A stretch of DNA of 62,893 nt, counting the filler, from Phoronis australis (Eukaryota; Animalia; Phoronida), in NCBI GenBank assembly GCA_002633005.1. It is 6 parts of 6 records of this genome, joined end to end, with 100 filler letters (N's around TTAATTAATTAA, not from the genome) between each part and the next. Parts side by side here need not be neighbours in the genome. Positions count along the whole stretch, not along the records: positions 1 to 30,634 come from NMRA01001123.1; 5 more parts are not named here. One strand, 5' to 3'. Every line of letters begins with the position of its first letter. The first letter of the stretch is position 1. Shown here piece by piece: positions 12,130 through 24,779 of this stretch. The position numbers were made by a program, and so were the translations under genes. The notes beneath the pieces were generated by a model. That model was not told where the DNA came from, ran no database searches, and was given only the letters and a program-made list of their open reading frames with translations.

Positions 12130-14630
12130 AAATGGTCCGACTTATGTTTGTTGCTGTTGCGATCAAACATGGTTTAAGCATAGTGTGCAAAGTTGTAAAA
12201 CAATGGAAAAGATTATTAAGACTGCTGCGGACTGTATTCCTTTTGAGCATATTGAAAAGAAATACGTTTGTAATACATGCCATCGATATTTAGTCAAAGA
12301 TAAAATTCCTCCATGTGCAATTGTGAATGATATGAGATTTCATGAGAAACCTGAAGGTATATGCGATCTGTATCCATTAGAGTGGAGACTTCTGTCACCT
12401 CGGATTCCTTTTATGAAGATGTATTCTGCTCCAAGAGGTAATCAGAAAAAAATTAGAGGAAATGTAGTAAACGTACCTGCAAATGTTTGTAATACTGTTA
12501 ATGTTCTTCCAAGAGCTCCTGATGATAATATGACGATAGCGGCTAATTTAAAAAGACAATTAAAATATAAGCATGCAGAAATGACAGAGAATATACGACC
12601 TAACAAGATTCTTGAAATGGCAAAATGGCTGGAAAAGAATGGGGAATTGTATAAACGAGAAGGCATTGTGTTTAATATACAATGGCATGATGAAAACAAT
12701 GTGAATATATATGATGAAACGCAAAAGAACTGTGGACAGCACCAGTCTTTAACAAGTAATCAAACTGAATTATGTAGTAACTTTGAAAAAGATCCTGATG
12801 TGAATTATGTTTCATATGTGAAACCTGATGAAGATGGTAATGATGATGATGATGATAACGGTGAAGTTAAAGATAGTGATGATGAATGGAATGAAGTTGA
12901 TGCAAAAGAATCAGCAGGATGTAAAGATACACTGTTATCGTCTCCCGATTTTATAGAAGATGATGAGAAAGAAAAGATTCATAACTTTGCACCAGGGGAA
13001 GGTAACATTCCTATGAGTGTTTTCACTGATGTATATTCTGAAGAATTAGCTTTTCCTGAGATTTTCCTTGGCAATGCAAGATCCTCCAATAGAAGGGCAA
13101 ATGTGTATTACAGTGAAATATGCAAATCTGAACTAAGAAGAAAAGACCGAAGAGTTGCAAAGTCTATTGATAATTTGTTTTTTAAACTAAAAAAGCTTCA
13201 AATGAAAACTTTGATTGGTCAAGTAAACCTGGCAATTAGAAAGAATAAGACTCTGGGAAAAGAGATTACTGCTCACGATTTACGAAAACCTGGGTATTTG
13301 AAGAAGCTTGTACAGTTTGATGAAGGTTATATGGTATTAAAAACATTGGGGGGCTCACCCCCGTACTTTCAAAAGGCTAAAAATGATTTATTTGCCATGA
13401 TTCGACAGCTTGGACCAGCAAATTATTTCATTAGTTTGTCGGCAGCTGAAACACGATGGCATCATTTACTGAGAATTTTAGGAAGACTGCAATATGGAAT
13501 AGAATATACAGATGGTGAAATAGATGAGATGAATTGGGAAACAAGATGTAAACTTATTGCTGGTGATCCAGTTACATGTGCAAGACAATTTGATTTTCAA
13601 GTGAACACCTTGCTAAAAGATGTATTGCGAAGTGATTCATCTCCCATTGGAAAAGTAATAGATTTCTTTTATAGAGTTGAGTTTCAGCACAGAGGATCTC
13701 CACACATACATGCTTTGCTGTGGGTTGAAAAAGCACCAATTTATGGGCAACATGAATTACATGAAATAGTAAAGATATAGACAGTAAAGTGCAGTGTAAA
13801 AAGGAAGTGGATGATGAAGAGTTACAAGAATTGATTTCTTATCAGGTGCATAAGCATTCACATTCGTGTAAAAAGAAGAATAAGGTTTGTCGATTTGGTT
13901 TTCCAATCCCCCTGATGAGAGAAACTGTGATATTGGAACCTCTTGATAATGATGTGACACCAGACAAAGAAAAAAAGTATAAGGAGAACTTCAGGGTTTT
14001 GAAAGAGTTGTTGAATGATATAAAAGAGGGTCAAAATATGAGTTTTGAAGAGTTGCTACTGAAGCTGAAGATGTCATTTGAAGAATATATTTTAGCTGTT
14101 CGCTCTTCTATAAACCATCCAACAGTGTTTTTGAAACGAGAACCGAGTGAAGTAAGAGTAAATGCATATAACAAAACGATCTTAAAAGCATGGAGAGCGA
14201 ATATTGACATACAGGCAGTCCTTGATGTGTATGCATGTGCTCAGTACATAACAGCTTATATTATGAAGTCTATGAGAGGTATTAGTGATCTGTTGAGAAA
14301 AGCATGTGATGAGATTAACAATGGGAATATTGATATAAGACAGCAAGTAAGACATATTGGAAATAAGTTTTTAAACAATGTTGAAATAAGCGCACAAGAA
14401 GCAGTATATGTAATTTTACAACTACCGATGAGGAAGGCATCAAGAGAAGTTGTGTTTATTAACACATCTCCTCCTGAAGAACGAGTATTCTTATTGAAGA
14501 ACAAAGAAGTATTAGATTCTATGGAGGATGAAGATAATGACATAAAATCGAGTAATATGATTAGCCGTTATGCAAGTCGACCTATTAAACTTCAGAACAT
14601 TACAGTAGCAGAATATGCAGCATGGTATGA
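12130..14630 (+). pseudogene. Cys-rich region plus HUH (Y2) replication-initiator (Rep) domain of RepHel
   Basis: CCCCDQTWF..CNTCHRYL..IPPCA; motif 1 YFISLSA; HUH motif VEFQHRGSPHIHALLW (~13676-13723); QVHKHSHSC..CRFGFP; tyrosine motif YACAQYITAYIMK (~14230-14268); EISAQEA. Confidence 0.93.
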
Positions 14631-15259
14631 TAAAAAAAGGAAGAGTTTGGAAAAAGAAGGAAAAGTCTTCGGTTGATAATTTATTAAATGAGAATTTAGA
14701 AGAGCATAATTCAGATGATGAGGAGGAAGAAAAGACCAAGACAAACAACACCTATGAGAGACGCAAGACCAGCCGTATAATAAGATATGTTTGTTTTAAC
14801 GTCGATGCTGAACCGGAAAAACACTACAGAGAGTTACTTATGCTTTACACACCATGGAGAGATGAATTAAATGATTTAAAAGGAACATTCATTTCTTATC
14901 AGCAAAAATATGAGCATTGTAAAGAAGGTATTGATGTACAAAGACGGATTTATGAGTCAAATAGGTTAGCAGTTGAGGCTGCCAAGGCAGTAACAGAATC
15001 TGATGGTATTGAAGAGAATGTATTTGATGAATTAGCCCCCGGTGCTCAGCAGCATAATAAAGATGTTGAAATTATCCAAGAAGACAATGAGAAAGAGAAA
15101 AAATACAATGAGATTTTGCGACAATATGAGTATGATATGGGTCCAGATTTGGGCTTAACAAGTACTTATTCTGAAGAATTGACTTTATTTAAATGCCCGA
15201 AGATGAGTATAGATGTATACGATACTATTTATCACCTGACAACAACAGATAAGCAACTG

Positions 15260-16560
15260 TTCAGATTTTTAAGTGGTGGTGCTGGTGTTGAAAAGTCTTT
15301 TGTAACAATTTCATTGCATCAGACACTATTGAGATTCTATAAGACGAAAGCTGGAGATGACTTCCAAATGATAAGAATGTTGCTTCTTGCACCAACTGGA
15401 AAGGCTGCATTCAATATACGAGGGAATACTATCCACAGTGCTCTGAAGATACCTGCAAACCAGTAATTAGATTATAAGGCTTTAGACAGTGGAAGACTTA
15501 ATACTATGAGAAATGAACTTGGAGGATTAAAAGTTATTTTTATTGATGAAATTTCAATGGTTGGTAATGCTATGTTGAATTTTGTGCATAAACGCTTACA
15601 AGATGTGATGGGATCAAAGAAACTATTTGGTGGAGTGAGTGTGATTGCTGTTGGTGACTTGTTTCAGTTGAAACCAGTATTTGATGGATTTGTATTTGAA
15701 AATGTCAGACATGGACTTGGTCCTCTGGCAATGAATTTGTGGCAAGAATGCTTCAGAATATTTGAACTTAAAGAGATAATGAGACAGAAAGAGAGTAAAA
15801 ACTTTGCTGAACTTTTGAATCGATTAAGGGAAGGCAACCACACACAGGCAGACCTAGAGAAAATAAAGAGTAGACTGCTGCTACCAAACATGAAGTCATA
15901 CCCTTTCCATGTACAACATTTGTTTATAACCAAAGCTAAAGTTGAAGAGTATAACAATCAGGTATTTTCAAGAATTCCAGGAAAGAAATACACAGTACGA
16001 GCAACAGACAGTATTGTTGGAAATGAGGCAAAAATTGTAGCAGATAAGATTCTTCGATGTGTTTCAAGTGACCCAAATCATAAAATGCAAATTGCAGTGA
16101 ACCTGAATTTGGTAGCTAATATGAGATGTGAATTGTGCTTGAATATAAGTGTTGATGATGGTCTGACAAATGGTGCTGGATGTGTTGTGAAGCATGTTGA
16201 ATTTTCTCAAAGGAATAAAGCAAAAGGTGGAATTGTTTGGGTTGAATTTGATGATGAGAGTATTGGAAGAAGACAACGCAGAGAAATGAGAAATTTCTAT
16301 AAGAAGGATTATAAGGCAACGTGGACACCGATTTTGTCTGTTTCAAGAGAAATAAGTGTTGGAAAATATAAGAATGGAAAAGTTATGAGAAATCAGTTTC
16401 CACTGAGACCTTCTGCTGCAAAAACGGTTCATCGTGCTCAAGGTTCGACTTTAGATGAAGTAGTTGTCGATTTCGAAGGACGGAAAATGTCACATATACA
16501 TTATGTTGGATTCAGTAGAGTTCGGACACTAGAAGGGTTGCATGTTTTAAACTTAAATGA
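15260..16560 (+). pseudogene. PIF1-family SF1B helicase domain of RepHel
   Basis: Walker A GGAGVEKS (G-to-E variant), APTGKAA, Walker B IFIDEISMV, FGG..GDLFQLKPV, MRQ, GLTNG, QFPL..AKTVHRAQGSTL, YVGFSRVR. Confidence 0.95.
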
Positions 16561-16669
16561 AAAGAAGATAGACGTTGATAACAAAGTGAAGCATGAAATG
16601 AATGAGTTAAGAACTGTAAGAAAGTTGGATATAAACTCAAATCACACATGTTTTCAAAATAAGAGTGGA

Positions 16670-17300
16670 CTGTTGATCGTGTACCACAATGTTCGATCAC
16701 TACAGAAGTACATGGAGGATGTTCGAGCTAGCAAAGCAATTACTAATGCAGATTTAATTCTTCTTGCTGAAACCAGATTGAAAGTTTCTGAGGATTGCAA
16801 AGCGTATCACCTGGACGGTTTCACAATGTTTCGAAATGATGCATTTACAGAATCGAATGAAGAGTTGCATGGACTAGCTATCTAGATCCGTGAGAAGTAC
16901 TGTACCTTGATCACCACATGCCTCAAGTCCTTGAATAGAAATGGTGTTGAAATGAGTTTGTTCGGTTTGAAAATTGCATCCAACCATTTTAGCATATTGT
17001 GTTTGTATAGACCTCCTTCAGTCTCCATGGCAAACCTGGGAAATGCAATTGCATATGCCAAGCAATACGTGCAGAATGATTGTAAAAGAGTGATTCTGGG
17101 AGATTTCAATGTGAATGTTGATAACCACCGAGATTATAAGCAATTACAGAGTGTAATGGGAATGAAGCAGTTGATAAACAGTTATACTACATATAATCGA
17201 ACAACTATTGATCATGTGTATTCTGATATCCCTATCAACCTGACATCTGCAGGGGTGTTTGAAAATTATTATTCTGACCACAAGATGATTTATACTAATA
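16670..17300 (+). pseudogene. Apurinic/apyrimidinic-type (EEP) endonuclease domain fused to the helicase
   Basis: HNVRSL, LLAET, LYRPP, LGDFN, TIDHVY and YSDH motifs in order; interrupted by an in-frame TAG at 16883-16885. Confidence 0.92.
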
Positions 17301-17559
17301 TCCGAAGTGATGAGAACTCATGTGATATGATTGAAACAGATGAATCAAATGATATTCAGCATAATAGATTAGAGTTGAAAAAAGGTAAACTTGAAGCATA
17401 TGAAGCAACCAATGCCAAAACAAGTGTAAACGCCTGCTTAGATGATGTGGCAGATATACCTCAACAAGTATATATCGCTAAGAAGTGTGACAAGAATACC
17501 TCAGCCTCAGCAGAAAAGCAAATTGTTGAGCATCCTCTGCCAAGTGAGGTATTGTGCCG

Positions 17560-18130
17560 TGCATTTGGGTATATCATAACCCGTGATGACATAGCTACCT
17601 TGAATACTGGACAATGGCTAAATGATCAGGTGATTAACATTTACTTCAAGACATTAGAAATGAGAGAAAAGGATTTGGACAGAAGTGTTTGCGTATTAGA
17701 CACTTTTGCTTACGAACGGATAAAACGAAGTGTTGAAGGTGCCAAAGTATTCTATGAGAATGCAAACTTGTTGAGTAACGAAATCATATGCATTCCTGTA
17801 CATTTTACTGATCACTGGGCTTTAGTGATCATTTTTGTTGGCTCAAAGACAATTAAATTCTACGACTCCTTATTTAATGAAGATCGTTCCAGTATTTGTT
17901 TGGAAATGATGAAACGATTTATTGATGCAATTCTACGTGATGAAGACCAAGAATGGAACTTGTGCGTTGAAAGACTTGCAACGCAACAAAACAATTCATC
18001 AGATTGTGGTGTATACGTTTGTATGTATGCTGATCTAGTTCTTTCCGGAAAACAACCAGTTATACGAAGATCTGAAGTTTACACTTACCGAGATGTTATG
18101 AAGGCGACTATTTTAAGTTTAAACCAATGA
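17560..18130 (+). pseudogene. Ulp1/SENP-like C48 cysteine protease domain at the C-terminus of the polyprotein
   Basis: DIATLNTGQWLNDQVINIY, IPVHFTDHWALV (His), FYDSL (Asp), QQNNSSDCGVYVC (Gln and Cys); in frame with the endonuclease in ORF 16907-18130. Confidence 0.92.
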
Positions 18131-21100
18131 ATATATGTCTACGAGTTGTACGGAGTGTTGATGTCAACTGAAGAAGATTGGGCAAAAACATTGAGAAATG
18201 ATGTAAAAGCGATTTGTTTGGGGTGTTCTGTGGGAAACTTGATCACAATAAAAAGTGAAAAGCATAAGAGATTCATCACCCGATAGGATTGAATTCGCAC
18301 CTTTTAAAGATGCCTAGAGGGCTCTGATCACTAATGTAGCCGTTGGTCATTGAAAGGTCTAGACATAAAGGATTAGTAGCTAAGTACAAGTTGAATTATA
18401 AAAGCCGAGTTTTTATAATTATTTTTTTTGTACTTGTGCGGCATTCTAATGAATTAACATTATGTTTGAGCTTTGTAAGCTCTGTACATTTCGATCAATA
18501 ATTCTAGTTGGAGAGTTGCCGATAAACCAAGTAACAAGTTCGAAAGTCCCACGAATTATTCATGGGGCAAGCGGAAGCTGATATTTTGCTTTCTTCCAAA
18601 GCTGAATTCATTTGTCTAGAAAATCTGAACTGTCTATCAAAACTAAGGAAATCAAAGAGAGAGCAAATATTTGAAATCGCTTACATGTTCTTACCAAACC
18701 TGAACTCCATTCGTCAGCGGTCCCTAAACTACTGTCAGTTTCTAACAGTCAAGTCTTCAAATCTGGACTGTTATCATTTAAGACCTGTACCAATTTAATT
18801 GAGCGTTGATCATTATCAAATTAAACCGATTTCAATTGCTTACTTGTAAAACAAGATAAAGAGAATGCGGTCATTTGCACTAAATATTAACGCTGCTCAA
18901 GTTATAGCCGTGGACAGTCTGTAAATGCAGAATTCAAGTGAATAACCGGGCTGTTGTTTAGGTTTATCTCTTTAAGGTGAGTGTACAGTAAGCAAAGTTG
19001 TTTAGTTGTTTATCTCTTCTACTTGATGTTCCTCATCTTTCTTAGATACTTTATTTTACGAAGGAAAGGCTTATTAAAATTTTAAGCTACAGTTCAGACG
19101 TTTGGACATTCAGCATTCTGAAACAACATAAATTCAGACAGAGACGGCTCAATCCTAACGCCCATTAATTCAACGCCTTTTTGAAAACCATTTCATGGTT
19201 TATCTCTTAGGGTTGGATTTTGGTATTTGTTAGGGTGATTGTAATCAAACAAATTAAAAAATTGATCAAATAAAATTTATTGATTGCTTCAACGAGAAGA
19301 TTTGAATCCGCTTACTCGATCTTCACCAGTTTGAATTCTCTTCTGTTTTGGCCTGTGTCATTTTCGAAAGCGGCGAGGCGCGTATCATATTTACGAACAC
19401 TGGATTTCAACTCTCGTCGTTATCAGTGCATTATTTTTGGACAAATGTATGTATCTCTGGTTTTGTGGTGGCGTTGTCAGCGGTTGAAATAACACTAATT
19501 GACTTAATTATTATGATGAATATATTAGTTAAATATTTCAATTTTCCCGCGAGAAATGTTAATATAGTTATCAATTAAAGTTAAGTGGACCTTTACTAAG
19601 ATTCACGGGATATGTTTAAAGCTATGTATGAATTGTACATTCGCCGAATTTCAGTAGTTTTTGCCTTTTTAGTTGATTTTTGTCTTGTTTTTTTAACGTT
19701 TTTTGGGGCCTTTTTGGCTACTTTATCAACGGGAACAGGGGTTCGTTTGAGCCCCCTGGGTGCTGCGCATGTTGTATCTAATAATCTTGGGCCAACTCCT
19801 CATTTCCAGTTTGACTAAATTTGATAAATATTGCTGAAAACTTTTTATACAGAATAGAGGATGTTTCCTCATTACATTACATTACATGATTGCCAAATTT
19901 ATGATTTGTTTTAAACTTTCCCCCACCAAATTCTTTTTTTTTGAGATCATCCTAGGTTCAGGAAAGCTCTTGACCTTAAGCTAAAATAACATTCATGGTA
20001 TTTTGACACCAGTCGTTTTGCCGAACCTGTGGACAGAAGTATAAACTGTGATACACCAATAGTAAATTGTGTTGGGTTCATGCCCTGCCACACCATGGGT
20101 CACCCGACAATCATCTGTCGACTTTCCCAGATGTGTCTTATGTGGGTTGATTAATGAATTTTCTCTTACTGAATATTTGGTATGCCAATGACGTATATCT
20201 GTGCGGCATTTTACTCTGATTGCTCTCGATCGTATTTCGGTGTCCTTTTCACGAGTTACTTAAATTCTTTGTTACGTGATACGGCTAAATCAAAGCTGTG
20301 TCACGCTGAATTTGTGGACTGCAACTGACGACTATCTTCCTATTAGTGCCTTTGGCCCTTTTTGTAAACTGTTGACTGACGTGGATAAACACAACAAAAC
20401 CCAATAGTGAGCGCGGCAAGTACAATGCACTCTTGTTTCTAGAATTAAGTTGTCGCATTGTACTGTAGAAATTCCCATAAAATAGAAAATTAAATGAAAA
20501 AACTAGGAACATGTGTACAAAGGACAATCGGTTTTAAAAATAATTTTGTCTTAATTGCAGCGTATGTTCGAGGGTAATGTTTTAGTGTGGTTTGTGTGGT
20601 CTGTGAGCCTGTAATATGACATACAGTTTAAAGATGGACGTAGATTATATTGAAACTTTAAAAATGAAAAATAAATATAGTTAAACTAGCTGCTTATGCA
20701 TGGGTATCGTTCCGAAAATAGTTTTTCGTATATCAGATACATGTTTAGGGACGTGACTTGTTCTGGGAAAATTAACTTAAGTGTTTAGTTTGTGCTAATA
20801 CTTATTAGACAGGTTGTTTTTTACTGCTGTTAAGGTCAGTTAAAAAGGTCAAAATTCAAACACGTTTCTCATCAAAGTTGTCTAGTGAATCTTGTAAAAT
20901 AAATATACCATTAGCGTTGTATTTCCGCTGAGACGATATATTGCTTTGCTTGGACCGTCATGCACCTGGATGACTCGTTTTGAGAATGCCAGCACGTGCA
21001 GTGCGGGTTGTCCCGTAGAAAGTAAAAGCTGTCAGTTTCTTCGTTGTTGGCGTTGGGTGAGGTAGTGCGTGAGTAAGGTCAGTGACAACTGAATATTGTT

Positions 21101-21388
21101 TTTTATTGTTTATCACTTTGATTAACGTCATTGAAAAGTTGCAAATGTTCACAAATGGTTTGCTATTTTCTATGCTAATTTTTAAATTTAGTTGGCGCCC
21201 GCGTCTGACGCCTAACTCCAGAGCTCCGTTTTGCTATTTGATTTGTGTCACTTGTCTTGTTGTGGTCGAATGAGATTGGTGTAGGTATATGCCCTATCGA
21301 CTGCATGGGCGGTGAATTTTGTGTGTGCTTGTGCTACTGTGTTCGGGAGTTTGTCTTGAGTTTGCGTGTGCCTGGACTCTGATGTAAG

Positions 21389-21573
21389 AATGCAGTTAGT
21401 ACAATGAAGTGTGAAAGGAACCATTCAAGACATTCGTCACTGGTCGGATATAGTGGTCCCTTATTTTGAAAACCATTTCCATTTACTGACTAACGCGCTC
21501 GCTGTCTAGTTCTTAAAATCAAGGGCCGTTTTATCTGACCAGTGATGTCATATTCCACTTATTGTTCTACATT
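21389..21573. mobile_element. Small hairpin/MITE-like element
   Basis: TCACTGGTCGGATATAGTGGTCCCTTATTTTGAAAAC is imperfectly inverted as GTTCTTAAAATCAAGGGCCGTTTTATCTGACCAGTGA. Confidence 0.5.
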
Positions 21574-21576
21574 CAG

Positions 21577-21821
21577 ATCCCCTGAGGGTCTCGTATTTGG
21601 AAGGTGCCCACAGGCAAATTGAAACCCCCCACTACAGCTAATTTCCATCCTGTTGTGGGGTAGATTTTTCTACCACACCCTCAGTGGGCCTTTTTGCGGG
21701 ACGAAATGGAAATTTAGGGGCCTTTTTTATACTGGGCAGGTCCCACAAAACTTGTATGCCTACCTGCAACTTTTGTAATATCTTTGGGCACTTTTTGAAT
21801 ACGAGTGACCCCCCTGGGATT
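21577..21821. mobile_element. Degenerate MITE with CCC...GGG termini
   Basis: ATCCCCTGAGGGTCTCGTATT vs AATACGAGTGACCCCCCTGGGAT as inverted ends. Confidence 0.45.
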
Positions 21822-23634
21822 GAGGTATATGGTAATTCAACATTCAGCACTAAGGTCTACTTGTACGTAGGATTACAAGACCAGTCCTATTGAACAGAAA
21901 AACCTTTAACCATGAATTGCTACAACTTCATGTACCCACATTTCCTAGTGCCGGACTAGATTATTTTTTTGCTCTTGAGCTGTCAAATTCTTTGGAAACA
22001 CAGACACTTACATCAGCCTGGAGTCGAGGTGTTGTCACAGGCCTGATCTTTTGATCATAGAGCAGAGTTGGTCTTAATGTGTTGAATGATTTTTCACATT
22101 ACTCTGTTGACGAAGCTGAAAAACTTTTTAAAACTGAAATGCTCAGAGGTACAAGCAAATTCGTAATTTGTTATCCCTATGAAAGCAACTGTCTTTAGCC
22201 TGATAAGTTGTCCACTGAAATTCACTGAAGCTCTTAGTTGTTGGTGTTGTGTTTTAAATAGCCTACGATTGCTCAGGTTTTCTTAATAATTGTTGTGCCC
22301 TCAGATTTATTTGTAATTAGAATACAGTAGGAAACAGTTCTTACAACTGCTTGCCCTAACAAGAACTAGAACAATTTTTTGCAGAACCCAATTTCTAGTT
22401 ATACTGGGTTGTTAGAAGCAAAAGCTCATGCTTAAGTAGAACTCATGAATATTAAATTCTCTCAGAAACTAGGCCTGAACAGTATGAGGGATTTTTAAAA
22501 ACTGAAGTGGTTATGGGCTAGTGTTAGGTTGTCCAAACTTACAAATAGGAAAGACCAACTGAAATGGATCAGTATCCTTTTCACATTTTTGTGATGTTGG
22601 CTGAAATTATTCTGGTTCTTTATTCCCCACTATTAACTGATGCCATCTGAAATACGATTTTTTCTTTAAAGTGAGGTGCTGGTTTTCGAAATAGCCCAAG
22701 GTCTAATGTTGACTTGTGTGCTGTGAATGGAATTCAAAATTATTTTTGCCATTTTGCTTCTGAATACAAACTCAAGATTAGTGTTTAGAAGTTCTATAGC
22801 TCACTGGCTCAAGTAAATATAGTTTATGTACACAAGTTTCTGGTCTAAAGGCACTTAATGACCCCTGGATTCAAGCTACAATTCAATTAACACGCCATTT
22901 CGAGTAAAAACTCAAAGCTTTAATGCTAGGGTGCAAACTAGGATTATTAGAAAATCACCCAAGAGAATCATTACATACTCGAGCACAGAATTAAGAGTAT
23001 TAATACTTATCTTTAGTTTAAAAGTATAACGGAAAACATCAACTAGCACTAAGGTTGTGCTATTGGCAATTTCTCAGTCCAAAATGCTTAAAGGCGAAGG
23101 CAACCTTTTTTCATGTCATTTTTAGCAAAAATAGGGTTCGTTGATTATCCCAGACATATTTTTCACTTATTTACAGCTTTCCGTAATTTAATTAATTACT
23201 CGTCGTCTACTCCGGAAGTGACGTTTTGGGAGGCAAGAATTTCGCGCCAATTTCTTTTCATATAGTCTGACTGTGAGAGCAGTCGAGTCAGTCATTGTTC
23301 TACCTCGGTTGTGATAAGTTCGGTCGCCGTTTGCTTTTGTTTACGAGTCAGTCAACATGCCACGCTGTTGCTGCCTACTGAGAAGTACTCATTATCGTCT
23401 CACGTACAGAGGAAGAACTGTCCCACTTGCCCGAGTGTCCCGCGACACACTCCCAGTGGATGGTGACTTGAGCACCGAAACTGCTTGCATCCCGCCGTGC
23501 GACTCCCTCGTCACACACGTGGCACCTTCTACATAGCCCCAATACAAGTCCACAATAAACTTATCAAACTAGCTTAGGCTCACCGATCTGTTCATTGGAT
23601 GACGAACTGTCCTTTTCACTGGGTGCCAATTAAA

Positions 23635-23798
23635 GCTGGGCCTGCCTCCCGTTCAGTAACGCTAGGACCTCGCTAAAAAGCAAGACTTCGCGAGATTACG
23701 TGAGATATTGCCGTGCATTTTAAATGAGAACACGTGACTTTGACTACGCTTTAGCTAGGTCCTATCGTAGATCCTAGCGTCTACTGAACGCACGCCTG
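23635..23798. mobile_element. Small MITE nested in the Kolobok-like element
   Basis: GTTCAGTAACGCTAGGACCTCGCTAAA vs TTTAGCTAGGTCCTA..CCTAGCGTCTACTGAAC inverted; a related end lies at 48662. Confidence 0.5.
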
Positions 23799-23969
23799 TA
23801 TTCACTCCCACTACTCAACATCGCTGCAGGGCTGCTTACAGGCTCTGGGCTAGAGACAACAGCACACGGAGAATCACTGCTAGTTCCTGGAATTGCACGC
23901 TATGGGGTACGTTCGGAGGCATGGGTGACAGTAGATGAAGTGCCCCCAGTCACTGTTTATAGTGGCCAT

Positions 23970-24304
23970 AGCTCGCGAGGCTTCTCGCTTCAAAAACGCA
24001 CTTCTCGGGGGTGGCGACGGGGCACTGCCGGGAATCAACAGCGACGGTATGGAACCCTTCTTTAGGCGTTGTTTCGTAGGGACCTTCATCAATTCAGCGT
24101 ACATATCTCTCAGTCGTAATCTGACGGCTGAAAATGCTTGCCACTGATTTGTACGTTGCGTGAAAGGGTAGCACTGCGTTCTTCACACGAACGAACTAGC
24201 CAAGTACGGCGAAGTGTGTCATCCTTCGGAAAGCGATGCAAAGCACCCAAAGCGCGCGTTAGACGATAATGAGTACATCCTGGTACACAGCAACAGTGCG
24301 GCAC
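23970..24304 (-). pseudogene. THAP zinc-finger domain remnant (transposase N-terminus)
   Basis: CCCVPGC..LHRFPKD..RRTW..SGKHFQPSDY, then after a frameshift RLKKGSIPSL (AVPTIF-box equivalent); start codon is GTG and the third Cys is lost. Confidence 0.8.
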
Positions 24305-24779
24305 GTTGACTGACTCGTAAACAAAAGCAAACGACGACCGAACTTATCACATCCGAGGAAGAACAATGACTGACTTGACAGCTCTCACAGTCTGACTGTA
24401 TGAAAAGAAATTGGTGCGAAATTCTTGCCACCTAAAACGTCACTTCCGGAGTAGAGGACGAGAAATTAATTAAATTACGGAAAGCTGTAATTAAGTGAAA
24501 AATATTTCTGGGATAATCAACAGACCTTATTTTTGCTAAAAGTGACCTGAAAAAAGGTTGCCTTCGCCTTTAAGGAGTGCTATAACAATAGTGGTCACCA
24601 AAGATCAGTGTTAGTCACTACTGGGACCAGGATGTTACATCCTTCACTTCTTGTTTTCTGTTGTAGAATAATCAAATGTTACCTGCAGCTCATAATGTCT
24701 AGCCATGTTGTTGTTAAAAATGAGTTGTTGTAATCTTTTGAGACAACATTTGAAAATTACCATACTTTTGTATTTCAGA

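Larger units (their letters stand above)
10282..18130 (+). mobile_element. Helentron/Helitron2-type RepHel polyprotein gene (Rep-PIF1 helicase-AP endonuclease-Ulp1/C48 protease), disrupted by frameshifts and stops
   Basis: Consecutive ORF fragments 10282-10479, 10513-11487, 11484-11927, 11924-13780, 13789-14676, 14615-15466, 15506-16885 and 16907-18130 join into one frame once 4 single-base frameshifts and 3 in-frame stops are corrected; diagnostic motifs are given in the sub-features. Confidence 0.95.
23092..24569 (-). mobile_element. Kolobok-like non-autonomous DNA transposon with ~310-bp TIRs, TTAA target duplication and THAP remnant
   Basis: TTAA|AGGCGAAGGCAACCTTTTTTC ... GAAAAAAGGTTGCCTTCGCCT|TTAA; arms 23092-~23402 and ~24259-24569; TTAA TSD, purine-purine 5' end and THAP domain all match the Kolobok superfamily. 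Confidence 0.8.

Noticed and set aside
17560-18130. Host SENP gene or viral protease adjacent to the transposon
   Set aside because: Intronless and in frame with the Helentron endonuclease; no capsid or polymerase genes seen
21495-21512. CTAGT after a GC patch as a canonical Helitron 3' end
   Set aside because: Lies within a small hairpin MITE and lacks a proper subterminal stem-loop; Helentron-type elements are not expected to end in CTRR
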